DNA of 35,760 nt, from the NCBI GenBank assembly GCA_003990765.1, contig RBNJ01000240.1, positions 1 to 35,760 of the forward strand, read 5' to 3'. Positions 1 to 11,577 of the stretch are shown in pieces. The position numbers and the translations under genes were made by a program. The first letter of the stretch is position 1; every line of letters begins with the position of its first letter. This DNA comes from Jimgerdemannia flammicorona. Its lineage: Eukaryota. The notes below the pieces were generated by a model. It was not told the origin of the DNA and ran no database searches. It saw nothing but the letters and a program-made list of their open reading frames with translations.

Positions 1-725
1 AGAAATTTATAATTGATAAAATCTTAGATTAAAATATTTACTGATATATAAAAACAGTTAAGTGGTTTTTTCTAATTAAGTAGAAAACTATCTTACTCAT
101 AATGTAATCTGAAAAAAGAAAGAAATCCTGAAAAATATATAAAAAGCACTATAAGAGTATATAGATATTCTTACTCTCTAATAAAGAATAAAACTGCAAC
201 TCTAACTCCTATATTAACTAAAATAAAAAAGAGAGATGAAGTAGAAAATAGATATATAATTATCTAGAATATATCAATAATAAATACTATAGGAAGTAAT
301 ATATAGAATAACTCAAAAGTATTAATTAAATACTATAGTTAACAAAACATAAATATATTAACTATCTATGAGTTATTACTCTTAAATTATTAATAGTAAT
401 AGCTTCTGATTAGAGAGTATTCTATCAGAAGATCTTCTAAAAATATAGTACTAATAACTCTCTCCTGAAGAGGAGCTACTAGTAGGGTTCAAACCTTCTA
501 TCAGCTGCTGAGACTGATATTTAGTCAAATCTCACTCAATATACTTTAATACCCAATAATATCCAATTATTTGCATATAATCAGTACTAAAGAAAATAAA
601 AGATTATTCTATTGAAGAACTTTTCTAGACCTCTAACAATTATAGAGGACTGTATAAAGTCAAAGTAATATATAATAACTATATTAGCTATATATAGTCC
701 TTATTAGTAATTATAAAAGTTATAA

Positions 726-790
726 GGCTAGGTTTGAACTCCCAGTCTATAGTCTGGAAGCCAATGCCTTAACAGAGTGACCAACTCTCT
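726..790 (-). other. Degenerate tRNA-like sequence (possible SINE head or tRNA pseudogene)
   Basis: Minus strand TGGTCACTCTGTTAAGGC (A-box-like) and GAGTTCAAACC (B-box-like) at tRNA spacing; cloverleaf stems are poor. Confidence 0.35.
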
Positions 791-1282
791 ATCTATAGTT
801 AGAAATAAGATATTCTTAACCTAGTATTATTATATATATTAATTTCTATAACTAGTATATACTTAGCTTATATTAGTAGATTATTTATCTTATAATAGAA
901 TAAAAAAACAGTCATCAGAAATATATTAGAGCAGAAAGTAGTTATAATTAGTATGAAACAATAACTATGAGAAGATATAAATATCAGACAAAAGACAGGA
1001 TATCAAACAATATCTCTATTTTTGAAAATTACAAAGATATCTCCTCAATATAACTATTAGATATCTTACTAAAGTCAGTCTCTTCTAAGTCCAACAGACC
1101 ACCTCTTTGACTATATCAAGATTGTAATATAAGAAAGAAACTTCTACTCTAAGATTCTTAACCTCTCCAGCTAGAACCTTGAACACTTTGTTCTCAACTG
1201 CTGAGAAGTTATTAAAAGGACCTTTTAATCTATTAGCTACTTAAAGATCTAGTATGAGTATAAAATTAGCTACTATATCTAT

Positions 1283-1729
1283 TGTAACGTAGCAGATGCT
1301 AAGATAGGCAAGTATGTCGGATTTCTTTATCTTGAATTCTTATCTTCTTGACTCTCAGAGTCAGTAGTTCCTTGAGGCCAAATATGTTTAAAGAGATAAT
1401 CCCAAAGGTCCTTTTATCAGTATACTTGTTCTTTTTCTAACACTTTCAATCTGAGGTTTATTCACTTCAAGATACTGGGTTATTTATATAAGTTTGCTAG
1501 CTATGCAAAGGTGGCTAAGTAATAAATGAGTCATTTGGACTTTGTCGAAATATTTAGACAATGTCTAAATACTATACTAAATCGAGACATTTGATTTAGA
1601 TAATGTTTAAGAATTTAGACAATGTCGAAATTGAGGACTGCTAACTATAAGGCTATACTACTTTGGAACTGGGTGCGATCGAGTGTCTATTCCCTATTTC
1701 CTTCTTCTAAATTTGGCTGTACCATCACA
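1283..1729 (-). repeat. 3' LTR of element A
   Basis: Collinear with 18065-18511 and the same length; about 30 substitutions counted by eye; TATATAAATA on the minus strand at 1481-1490 and AATAAA at 1457-1462. Confidence 0.97.
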
Positions 1730-1730
1730 A

Positions 1731-1739
1731 CTTCCTCCT
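1731..1739 (-). promoter_or_regulatory. Polypurine tract of element A
   Basis: Minus strand AGGAGGAAG, one base before the 3' LTR start TGTGATG. Confidence 0.85.
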
Positions 1740-1793
1740 GAATAGATGGTCTCATCCCTGAGGCATCTATTCAAACTCCCAGGCTTCAACCAT

Positions 1794-2228
1794 CTATATG
1801 GTCTTATACTGCGCAATTTGCTGCATGACTGTTTCCCAATGATGTCTTCTCACTTTCTCAAAGTCAGTGGGGGTTACTCCTCTCAGGTGGTCTATTGCTG
1901 GTTCATCTTCTCGGAATAGCTTGTGAATCCTTTTGGCAATAGTGATCTGTGAGTGAGAGAGTTGACACTCGGCAATCCAGTCCTCTTTAGTCTTTGCTGG
2001 ATCCTGATTGAGCACCTGTCCAAGCTTGAAGTACTCTTGGAATTCTGCCCGATATTGATAGGCTCTAAAGTGTGAGATCCGAGAGAGATGAGTCTGCACA
2101 ATACTCTGAATATCCTCACAGTATGCCTCTATGGTCGGAGGCTTGGTAGTGTGCCATTGTCTTTCGATAGCTCTTTGGGCAGCACTAGTGATCTTGAGTG
2201 CCATCGCAGTACTTTGGTTATTGGCCAT
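1794..2228 (-). CDS. Accessory ORF3 of element A, 144-aa uncharacterised protein, probably helical
   Basis: Intact ORF between integrase and the PPT; its ATG (2228) overlaps the end of pol (TAA 2220-2218) by 11 nt; similar to the LTR-encoded ORF of element B (YFKLG...QLSHSQITIAKRIHKLF.E....IDHLR..T). Confidence 0.8.
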   Translation of the reverse strand: MANNQSTAMALKITSAAQRAIERQWHTTKPPTIEAYCEDIQSIVQTHLSRISHFRAYQYRAEFQEYFKLGQVLNQDPAKTKEDWIAECQLSHSQITIAKRIHKLFREDEPAIDHLRGVTPTDFEKVRRHHWETVMQQIAQYKTI

Positions 2229-3996
2229 AGTACTTCTTGAGTCAGTTTTGATGAATGATGGTGGAGATTATTGTGCCTGAGGGCTTTCGTAACCGGAAAG
2301 TAGTTCCTTTTATATCTTGTACCAAATAAGGTCCTTCCCACTTGGGCTCCAGTTTTCATGACCAAGAAGCTTCTACCATATTCTGATATACTAAGACTTC
2401 ATCTCCTATCTTGATAATCTCCAGAAGCTTGTGGGCTTTTCCGCATTGTTCTGTTGTAGTGTCTGCACCTTGATTATGTAATCCTCTGCCTTTTTCCTAA
2501 TTTGATGCAATCTCTGTATCTCCATGTCCACATGCTTCCAGATTGCATCATTACTTACTGACAAACTTCCACTAGAACTTTCTTCACCGAATAGCATTTC
2601 TCATGGTGTAAAATGGATACTTTGTAATTGTATATCCTGCAGAGTGGATAATGCTATTGGTAGATAGTAGTCCCAGTTTCCATATTTGTCACAGATCTTA
2701 GCAATGATGTTCTTGAAGATCTTGTTGGTTCTTTCTGCTTGTCTGTTTCCTTGTGGGTAATAGACTGTGGTCTTGATATGTTGAATCTTGTACTTCTTGT
2801 AAAGAACCTCATGGAACTGGTTGACGAATTCTGTTCCTCTGTCTATAGTAACTTGCTTTGGGGTCTTGAATCAGCAGATGATTTCTCTATGTAAGAAATC
2901 GGCAATTGACTGTGCATTGGCTTCCTTGAGGGGTCCAGCCTCTACCCATTTTGTAAATAGATCCACTATTACAATGATATATCAGTTGCCAGTCAATATC
3001 AGGGGGAGAGGGCCAATTACATCCATTGCAATATGGGCAAATGGTATTGGTTCGATGTCTGCTAATCCTGGGGCTTGATCCCATCAGTCTTGTTTCTGTT
3101 TCTGGTATTTATCACAGGTTCTGACAAATTGTCTGATATCTTCTTCCATTCCAGGCCACCACATGGTTCTTCTCACTTTATCATATGTATTTATTCCTCC
3201 TACATGACCTTGTTTATGTACTTCTTTCATCACTTGATTCTTCCGGTGCTCGGGAATGACTAATTGTTGTCCTTTCTTGAGTATTTCTCCATCAGTTTCG
3301 AATTGTTTCCATGTCTGATTAATAATTGTTTTGGTCCATTCTTCCAGATGTGGGGGCATCTTTCGCTGCCCCAGGTAGCTGATGATTCCATAATACAGCT
3401 CTCTATTCATGGTGATTTCATGGGGGTGGGGTCCTTCGGGGTGTCCATGAGAGGGCATCTGCATTGGCATTGGTTCTTCCAGGGTGGTGGGTGATTGTGG
3501 CATCATATGCTTGCAGCTTCATGATCCATCGGGCATAGATTCCTTTGGGCTCACTAGTAGTGAGCAACCAGGTGAGTGCCGAATAATCTGTCTGGATGGT
3601 GAAGTATCTGCCAGCCAGATAGTAGTGGAACTTCTCCACAGCCCAGATGACTGTGAGGCATTCCAACTTGTATGATTCATAGGACTGCTTGGCTCCTCAG
3701 GTACCTCAGCTGAGATAAGCTACACATATTCAGCACCATTCTTCTTTTGTGTGAGGACAGCTCCAAGTCCCATTGCACTGGCATTCATCTGCAGAATAAA
3801 CTCTTGAGTCCAGTCAGGTCTTCTCAGGATTGGGGCCTGGGTCAATCTGGTCTTAAGCTCGTCAAAGGCTAGTTGCTGCTGCTGAGTCCACTGGAACTTG
3901 ACCTCTTTTCTGAACAGATCATAGATAGGACTGGCGATGTGGGAGAACCTTCTAATAAATCTTCTATAGTAGGATGCAAGTCCCATGAAGGCTCGG
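2218..3996 (-). pseudogene. pol: Element A pol, 3' part: RT connection, RNase H and integrase (no chromodomain)
   Basis: FMGLASYYRRFI; FILQMNASAMGLG (decayed TDAS); ECLTVIWAVEKFHYYL; zinc-binding region HKQGHVG...CDKYQ; C-terminal KWEGPY motif; stops and frameshifts. Confidence 0.95.
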
Positions 3997-4477
3997 TGTA
4001 AGAGGGTTACTTTTTAGGGTAACCGTTATGTAGTTCTGGAAAGGTTTTCTGGATATTCTGGATGTTCTAGAAGACCATTTTCTTATGGTCAAGATCAATT
4101 TCGTATAGAGTATGTCCTCTACGCTTATTGATTTCAAGATTGGGTTGACGTCTCAACCAAAGTCCTTTTTTGGACTAGTTCTGGATGTTCAGGATTTTCC
4201 GTATTTCAGGAAGTTCAAGAAACTAAGACCAGCTTAGTTGAATTGGCATATCGCTGCAGACAATACCCAATTAGGAAATTTCGTGATAGGGTTAGGAGTG
4301 GGACCTAACAGAGAGCGGATTTACTTAAGAGTGGTTTGTGGGTTATGGAATAGGTTTATTTGCTATTCATGGTATTGCTATACTAGGAGTATTTGTGTGA
4401 AGGGATATTGTGGGGAAGTGCTCAGGAGTTGTGTTCAGATTGTTCAAGTCTGAGATTCTGAGGTCTGGGGGAGAGGG

Positions 4478-4485
4478 TATTTATA
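4478..4485 (-). promoter_or_regulatory. Putative TATA box of the element B LTR (second copy at 13020-13027)
   Basis: TATAAATA on the minus strand, followed by a pyrimidine run and AATAAA at 4355-4360, the usual U3/R layout. Confidence 0.6.
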
Positions 4486-4674
4486 CTAGTGAGGGGCTAT
4501 CTGAACTATGCTAAATATGGGTGTAGCACTAAGTGCTTTGTTGAGTCGGAATACAGTCATGTAGTACAAGTGTGATCTGACATGTCAAGAGATCGTCTGA
4601 CTGCTGAGTCAGTTCACAGTCACATTGTACAAGGCTAATCTAACTATACTATAACTGCTAGGCTATTTATGGGT

Positions 4675-5907
4675 TTAGGCACTGTCTGGGTAGTCTTCGA
4701 TGACATCACCATCAATTGCATCATCTCTGATGAAGTAGTCATCTAGGAATAATGGTTCGCGGATTACTCCTCCTTGTTCGCTGAGATAATAGTACATTGG
4801 AACTTCGTCTCCGTCCCATAGGATAGCATCGTCTGTCTCGTAGGCTGGATAAGGTGTTGGTGGGCGAAGGATGGGTGTATTGTCTTCGCTTTCATCGGAT
4901 TCACTGTCTGTGTACCTTCTATAGGTTACAGTACTATGAGTTGCAGGATTGTAGTAAGCTGGTGGCTGTGGTTCATGTCGCTTGTACTCAGGTAGTGGAG
5001 TGGTTGGTTCAATCTCGAGAGTTGTCTGGAGGTACAGGTTGTGTTCTCCAGTTTCTTCATTGTAGTTGAAGTAGTTGGGGGTGAACATGGGTTGGTATTC
5101 GTGCCAGTGGTCATTGTCCCAATAAGTCTCATATACAGTTATGAACTGTTGCAAGTTCATCAGCAAGTTTGGTGGTGTGATCAGGGTTGGTAGAGATTCT
5201 TAGCTAGAGATCATGTTGGCATTAGAGGGATCATTATCTTCTGCTTCATCTTCATCGAAGTAGATTATATCGTAGATGTCCTTCATAGCATATCCGACTT
5301 GGGGCATTTGCAGGATATGGTCATCAGGGTGTGGGAAGGTTCTATCTGTAGTCTGGATGTACTCGAGGTACTTGTAGTTGAGTTCTTGTATCATGTCATT
5401 GATTTGGCCATAGGATAGGGTAGCAACCATTTCGCTGGTAGTGACTTGAAGGTGGGAAATAAAGGTGTTATACTCATAGAAGAGTTCTCGATGTTTGCAG
5501 GCGATGAGCTTCTGGTGTTGAGACATCTGGGTAATGTCTGTATCATGGTAGTGTTTGACCATGTCTTTCAGGAGGCAGCCGATCTGATAGTAGCTTGAGA
5601 TTTGTCTGATTCGGTGGGCCTTGCTAAGCATGTTCAGAGTATTCCATCGGGCTTCCACAAAGTAGAGGGGTGCTAGACTATGGATATTCATAAGGGGCAG
5701 AGGGGGTGTGACTCGGTTGACAATGGCATTCCAAATATCAGCATGGATACAGTTGTAGATCTCAGTGGTCATATTTGTATATTTGGAAGTTGTGGTTGTT
5801 GTTTGTTTTGGTTCTCTGATTCGACGCATCTCAGTGCTCAGTATATATGCATCTAATCCTGATTGGTAAGATTCCGTTTGTATAATTCTTGTGTTCTGTG
5901 ACTTCAT
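4675..5907 (-). pseudogene. ~410-aa ORF inside the U3 of element B's 3' LTR (one premature stop)
   Basis: ORFs 5200-5907 and 4675-5166 are in the same frame, separated by one TAA that is CAA in the other LTR copy (ISSQESLP). Confidence 0.85.
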
Positions 5908-6030
5908 ATTGACTCAGCTTTGTGATCAAGCAGGTGATTTCCAGATTTGTTCAGAGGTCGCATGTGATTTCAGTGGCTTGTTCCAAGGGTGACGTGTGAT
6001 TTCGGTGGCTTGGAGGTTGTGTGCTTACAA

Positions 6031-6043
6031 CTCTCCCCTTCTT
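6031..6043 (-). promoter_or_regulatory. Polypurine tract of element B
   Basis: Minus strand AAGAAGGGGAGAG, one base before the LTR start TGTAAGC. Confidence 0.9.
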
Positions 6044-6454
6044 AGCTTTCGATGTCCTCGTCGGGGCCTTCTAATTTGTTCTAGTGTTGTTACACTATTT
6101 GGGAGGTCAAAAGTCTGGTAAGGTCCATTTTCTCAGAAAGTGGCATGCTCGTAGTACAGTTGCCTAATGTGTTGGATTCACACGTTAAAGGGTCATATGT
6201 TCAATGCCGTGCGCCAGAAGTGATTCTGATATCATTCACTACTGGAGAATTTCCTCTAAGGAATCTTCTTAAATGTCTATACCTTGTTTCCCACCAGTGG
6301 TATAGGGAGAATAGGCTTGCTTTCAGTTTTGCTATTTTTTCCAGAGATTCGGTATTCTTGTCTTGTTTTGCTGAGTCTTGATTTGGTTCATGGTAGTTAT
6401 AATGTTCGGAAGGATAATATATGGTATGTGTAGATGGGTGCGGAATATTTAGTT

Positions 6455-6622
6455 CTAGTTGTTCAAGGAGTTATATTTCTGAACTAAGTTAGTAGCATTC
6501 TGGAGATTGGTCTTGAGTTCCCAGGTTACATCATGGATTGGGTAACCTTTCCATTTGACAAGGTACTCAGGATGGTTCTTGTTTCTGCATTTGTTCAGGA
6601 TTTGTTCAACTTCGTACTCTTC
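6455..6622 (-). pseudogene. Chromodomain at the integrase C-terminus of element B
   Basis: Manual translation EEYEVEQILNKCRNKNHPEYLVKWKGYPIHDVTWELKTNLQNA, in frame with pol; TAG at 6457-6455. Confidence 0.93.
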
Positions 6623-9600
6623 TTGGTCATTAATGATGACAGGTGCAGGTGGTTTGGTGGTCCAGTTTGGAAATAGCTTGTCATTATTGTCATTGTATCG
6701 CTTGAGATGTTGAACATTAAAGACTGGGTGAATCTTAATGGAGTCTGGTAGTGCTAGTTTGTAGGAGGTTGGAGAGACTTGCGCAATGACTTCAAATGGT
6801 CCAATGAACTTGCTGTTCAGCTTTGTCGATGGTCTATGCTTGAGGTTGTCAACTCAGTATCCTCTGATGTCCAGTAGAACCTTTTCTCCAATATCAAAGG
6901 TTTCTTCTCTGCGGTGTTGGTTAACATACTGTGACTGTTGTTCTTGAGCTCATGATAAATTCTCAATTGTGATCTGGCTTAGATTATGCAATCGGAGTAA
7001 GAATTCTTCAACAGCTTTGACTGTAGAGGGTTCTTCAGTAGTTCAGATGAGTGTCAAAGGGGTGTTTGGGTTTTGTCCAGTATTGGCGAAGAATGGGGTC
7101 ATTCCAAGAGAGGCTTGCTTGCTATTGTTATAGGTAAACTCAACTGTGGTGAGGTATTCATGCCAGTCATCTTGTATGTAGGAAACATAGTTTCTTAGCA
7201 TTTGTTCCAGAGTTCGGTTCATTCTTTCAGTTTGGCCATCAGTTTCTGGGTGAAAGGCTGTGGATAGTGCAAGTTTTGTTCCAAGGTGCGCATGGAGGGC
7301 ATTCCAAAAGTGGCTGGTGAATTTCGGATCTCGCTCACTAACAATGATCTTAAGAAGACCATGATAGCAGAAGATGTTATCAAACAGGAGTGTGGCTGTG
7401 TCTGGTGCTGTTATGGTAGTGGTAGTAGGTACAAAGTGGGCTTGTTTGCTGAGATAGTCCATGAAGACAACAATTGCATCTTTCCCATTCTTGGTTCGGG
7501 GTAGTTGTACAATGAAGTCCATAGAGATTTGTTCCCAATTCGTGGATGGTACCGGGATAGGGTGGAGTAAGCCGGGTTTTGCTAGTGTTGAGAACTTGTT
7601 TCGTTGGCAGGTATCACAGGAAGTGATGTAGGTTTTGAGCTAATCTGCCATGTGGGGCCAATAGAAGTTTCGGGAGATAACTTCATAACATTTATCAAAT
7701 TCTAAATGTCCAGCTGTAGGGGCATCACGACATTCGAATAGGATAGTCCTTCGGAGGTCTCGGTTGTTTGGAACATACAACCTGTCCTTGTAGTAGATAG
7801 CATTGTCCTTGAGTTAGTATTGATTGTACTGGGTATATTTGTCAGCATTGTCATTGTTCAGGATTTCTCGGAGTGCTTGAGCTTCTTTATCATCAACACA
7901 TGCTGCGATGATTTGTTCCATGATAGTGTTGGTAACCAAGGTCAGAGTTTGGATAACCTCTTCGATTAGTGGTCTGGAGATTGCATCGGCAACAATATTT
8001 TCCTTGCCAGAGCGGTACTGGATTTCATAGTCAAAGTTGGTGAGAACTTTCATCCATCTGGCTTGCTTTCAAGAAAGGGTAGCCTGTGTCTTGATGTTGA
8101 CTAATGACTTGTGGTTAGTCAATACAGTGAAGTGTGCTCCTTCTAGGTATGGTCGCCATTTGATCAGAGTGTCTATGATGGCTAGCATTTCCTTCTTATG
8201 AGTTGCGTAGTTGATTTCAGCATCATTGAACTTGTGAGAGTGATAGGCTACAGGGTGTCCTTCTTGCATGAGCACTGCTCCAAGAGCTAGGTCAGAGGCA
8301 TTGGTAGTGACTTCATATGGTAGGGCAGGGTTTGCCGCTTAAAGTACTGGAGTGGTTATCAGGGCATCTTTTAGTGCTTGAAAGGCAGTATCTTGTTTGG
8401 GTCCCCAATTTACAAGATTATTGAAGTCTTTCTCTTGTTTCATGGTCCAGGGTTGTTCTTGTTTCTTGCTGTGCTTGGTCATTTGGGTGAGGGCAGTAGC
8501 GATTTTAGCAAAGTTGGCAATGAATCGCCAGTAATAGTTTGCTAATCCCAGGAATAACTAGAGGTCTTTCAGCTTCTTGGGCGTGGGCCAATCTTTGATT
8601 GCAGAGATTTTGCTGGGGTCCACTTTGATTCCATTTGGAGTAACAATGTGTCTAAGGAATTGAATTTCTTTCAGAAGAAATTCACACTTGCTGAGTTTTG
8701 CAAAGAGTCAGTTTTCTCAGAGTTTCAGTAGTACTAGTTCAAGGTGTTCAAGATGTTCTTCCAGGGTTTTGCTGAAGACTAGGATGTCGTCAATGTAGAC
8801 AACAATGAATTTATCCAGATATGGATGCAGAATGGTATTCATCAGTGTCTGGAAGGTTGCTGGAGTATTAGTTAAGCCAAAGGGCATAACCAGGAACTCG
8901 AAGTGTCCATAGTGGGTTCGGAAAGCTGTCTTGTAGATGTCTTCTTCTTTCATGGCAATTTACCAGTAACCATTTCGCAGGTCAAAAGAGCTCATGAATT
9001 GTGGGTTGGTAAGTCTATCGAATATTTCATCAATCCTTAGTAGTGGGCAACAGTTCTTAATGGTTTGTTCGTTGAGATCGCGGTAGTCAATGCACATTCG
9101 TAGGTCTCCTCCTTTCTTGACAATAAAGAGGACTGGTGCACCATAAGGTGATACACTGGGTCTGATGAATCCTTGTTCTAGGAGTTCATCAATCTCCTTC
9201 TTGAGTGCATCTATTTCTCTCAGGGACATATGGTAGATTGACTTGAAGGCTGGTTTGGCATCTGGAATAGTCTTGATTGCATGGTCTACTGCTCACTTGG
9301 GAGGTAGGCCTTTTGGAAGCTTCTTTGGAAATATGTCTCGAAATTTCTGGAGTAGTGGTCTGACATGGCTGTCAACCTTGGAAAAATCTTCTTCAGAGTT
9401 CTCAGGTTCTCCTTTGGATGGGTGGATGGAGATGGCGAAGAGAGGGCATTTCTTGGCCAATTTCTTGAGTTGTAGCTTATTGATGTGAGTGATCTTTGGT
9501 CCAGGGTCACTAGAGTGAAGTGGGTCTTTTTCACCTTATAGTTTGAAGTGATGGCATCCTTTCTTGATGGTCAGGGAATGGTTTACCCAATCGATCATAG

Positions 9601-9900
9601 GGTTCTCTTGTTTTAACCATGACGTCCCAAGGATGATTTCATTGTCAGGAAGTGGTATGATTTGGAGGATAACATGTACTCAGTAGTCACCAATTCGGAG
9701 GGGTAGATTGCAGACTTCTTTGCTAATAATATGTGAGGTCCCATCAGCTGTAGCGACTGCTTGAGTTTGCTGTACTGGAGAGGTAAAGACCTTGAGTCTG
9801 TTGGCTGTCTCTTCATTGATGAAGTTGCCTGAGGCACCACTGTCTATCATAATCTTGACAGGTGCTCGATTGACAAAAGCTTTAAGTGTAAGCAGTTTGT
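6623..9900 (-). pseudogene. pol: Element B pol: aspartic protease, RT, RNase H, integrase
   Basis: [41 protein letters not shown] and NIVADAIS; MDFIVQLP, DGQTERMN and GPF motifs; all fragments share one frame, broken by point stops. Confidence 0.96.
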
Positions 9901-10111
9901 CTGATCTAATGGTAGTGATTTTGGTTGTTTGAGCTTTCCTTCTGTTGGTTCTTCTTTGAGCCAGTTCATTGATACAAGAGAAGCAATCATCAATCATTCG
10001 GGAAGAGTACATTCCAATGCCATGAGAGCATCAGCCACTTGGTACATATCTGTCTTCTATCTTCTTGTAGAATTGTCCTTCTTTGCTCATGGTAGGTTGG
10101 GCTGGGGCCTT

Positions 10112-10530
10112 GTTTGATGAGCCAAATCCTTTGGATCCTCAGATGGTGGGCAGTAGTTCAGGGACTTCCTTGACTGTCAGAGTTGACTCGATTTTTTCAA
10201 ATAGGATCTGGGCAATGCAGAAACCAATAGGGATCTTGAAGGGTGTCCAACTGTGGTTTCGGATGAGGACAATAATTTCATCTGTGTAATCCTCATCAAT
10301 GACTCCTCCTTCTACTGAGAGTCCTTTCAATGCTAGGCTGCTGTGACAGCATATTCTTCCAACATGTCCTTTAGGGATTTGAATACTGATTCCAGTGTAA
10401 ACTTGTTTGACTTCTTGGTTAGAAACTGTAGCTTCTTCAGCTGCATACAGGTCATATCCGGCTGCTTTTTGACTTCCTTTAGTTGGGGCCTTAGCAGTTT
10501 GTCTTAACTTGACAAAGTCTAGTGTTCTTG
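10112..10530 (-). pseudogene. dut: Trimeric dUTPase domain of element B, between the Gag zinc knuckle and the protease
   Basis: AAGYDL, SSLALKGL, GGVIDEDY, IAQI and *GSKGFGSS (motif V Arg codon now TGA). Confidence 0.93.
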
Positions 10531-10594
10531 TAGTCAGGTTGTTGAGGTGGTGAAGAGTGGTAACAGTTGCTCGTGTTGCTGTTCGGGGTTTTCA

Positions 10595-11577
10595 GTTGGG
10601 GCAGGCACTGGTCATGTGTCCTGTCTTTCAGCAATAAAAGCATGCTCCACTTCTTCGAAGTTCATTCCTTTCGCCTTCAGTGAGTTTCTTGAAGGTGCTC
10701 GGCTGGGTAGGTTCATGATTTCTGGGTGTCCAAGAGGTGGATATAGAGGGAGCTCGGGATGCTTCATGCTTGGGTTCTTCTTTCTTGGTCCAAGTCTTTT
10801 CCTTGTTGTTAAATTGTCTTTGGGGCAGAATTGGTCCGGCTGTTAGGATTTGCTTGATCATGGTCTTGATTCTTGCCAGACACCATTGTTAGTGATCACA
10901 ACCAACTGGGTGGCCTTGTTCTCGGATTTTTCTAGTAAGCCATTCAGGCAGTGCATTGAATAAATGGTCTGCTCTTGTACCATTTCGTGCTTCATCATTG
11001 GTGATATATCCTAGGCCAACAGTGTTCAGGAGTGACTCAAGTTTTGTATAGAAGGTTTCAAATTCTTCTTTATCATGTATATCAAATTTGAGGTTGCAGA
11101 GTTTTACTTGGGATTCTGCGATCATGGTTTCGCTGTGGTATTGGGCAATCATGAGTTGTTTGAGTCCAGGGGCTGCAGGATGGGCTCCATATCCTGGGGC
11201 ATTGTTTGCTGCATTCTGGGCAACTACTGCAGGTCGGGTATCCCATGTGAGGGGTTTTTCAGGAAGGGTTCGCCACCATTCTTCGGCAGGTCCTCAACAA
11301 CTTGACAGACATAGGCTGTAGTTGTAGTGAAGAGTTGTTCCAGGGTGTGGTCTTGATTGTTTGTCAGAATATGGTCAGCAACTCACTCATTAGTCCATTG
11401 ATTGGCTTCGAAGTTGGTGTCAACTACACTAATGAAGTTTTGGACTTCCTGTGCAGTACCATTGAAGATAGGTAGGCTCAGATTTTTGGTAGGTTGGGTC
11501 TGTTCAGCTAAGGCAGTAATGGTTGCTGCCATTATGGCTACCTGGGCTGTGAGGTCAAGAATCTGTTGGTTCACCAT
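10595..11577 (-). pseudogene. gag: Element B gag with CCHC zinc knuckle
   Basis: LPIFNG...FI, GPAEEWW, ERNELRRSGACFYC*KTGHMTSAC; one frameshift near 11305. Confidence 0.88.

Larger units (their letters stand above)
3997..6029 (-). repeat. 3' LTR of element B (2033 bp)
   Basis: Collinear with 12539-14571 at offset 8542; differences are mostly transitions. Confidence 0.97.

Noticed and set aside
1794..2228. ORF3 as an env gene
   Set aside because: It occupies the env position but is short and hydrophilic, with no signal peptide, furin site or transmembrane helix.
4238..4453. Identical-length 71-aa plus-strand ORF in both B LTRs (also 12780-12995)
   Set aside because: Short, TTG start and antisense; its conservation is explained by LTR duplication.
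6090..6450. Possible ~120-codon minus-strand frame between the chromodomain and PPT of B (one internal TGA)
   Set aside because: No upstream start codon and no recognisable motif; cannot be supported from one copy.
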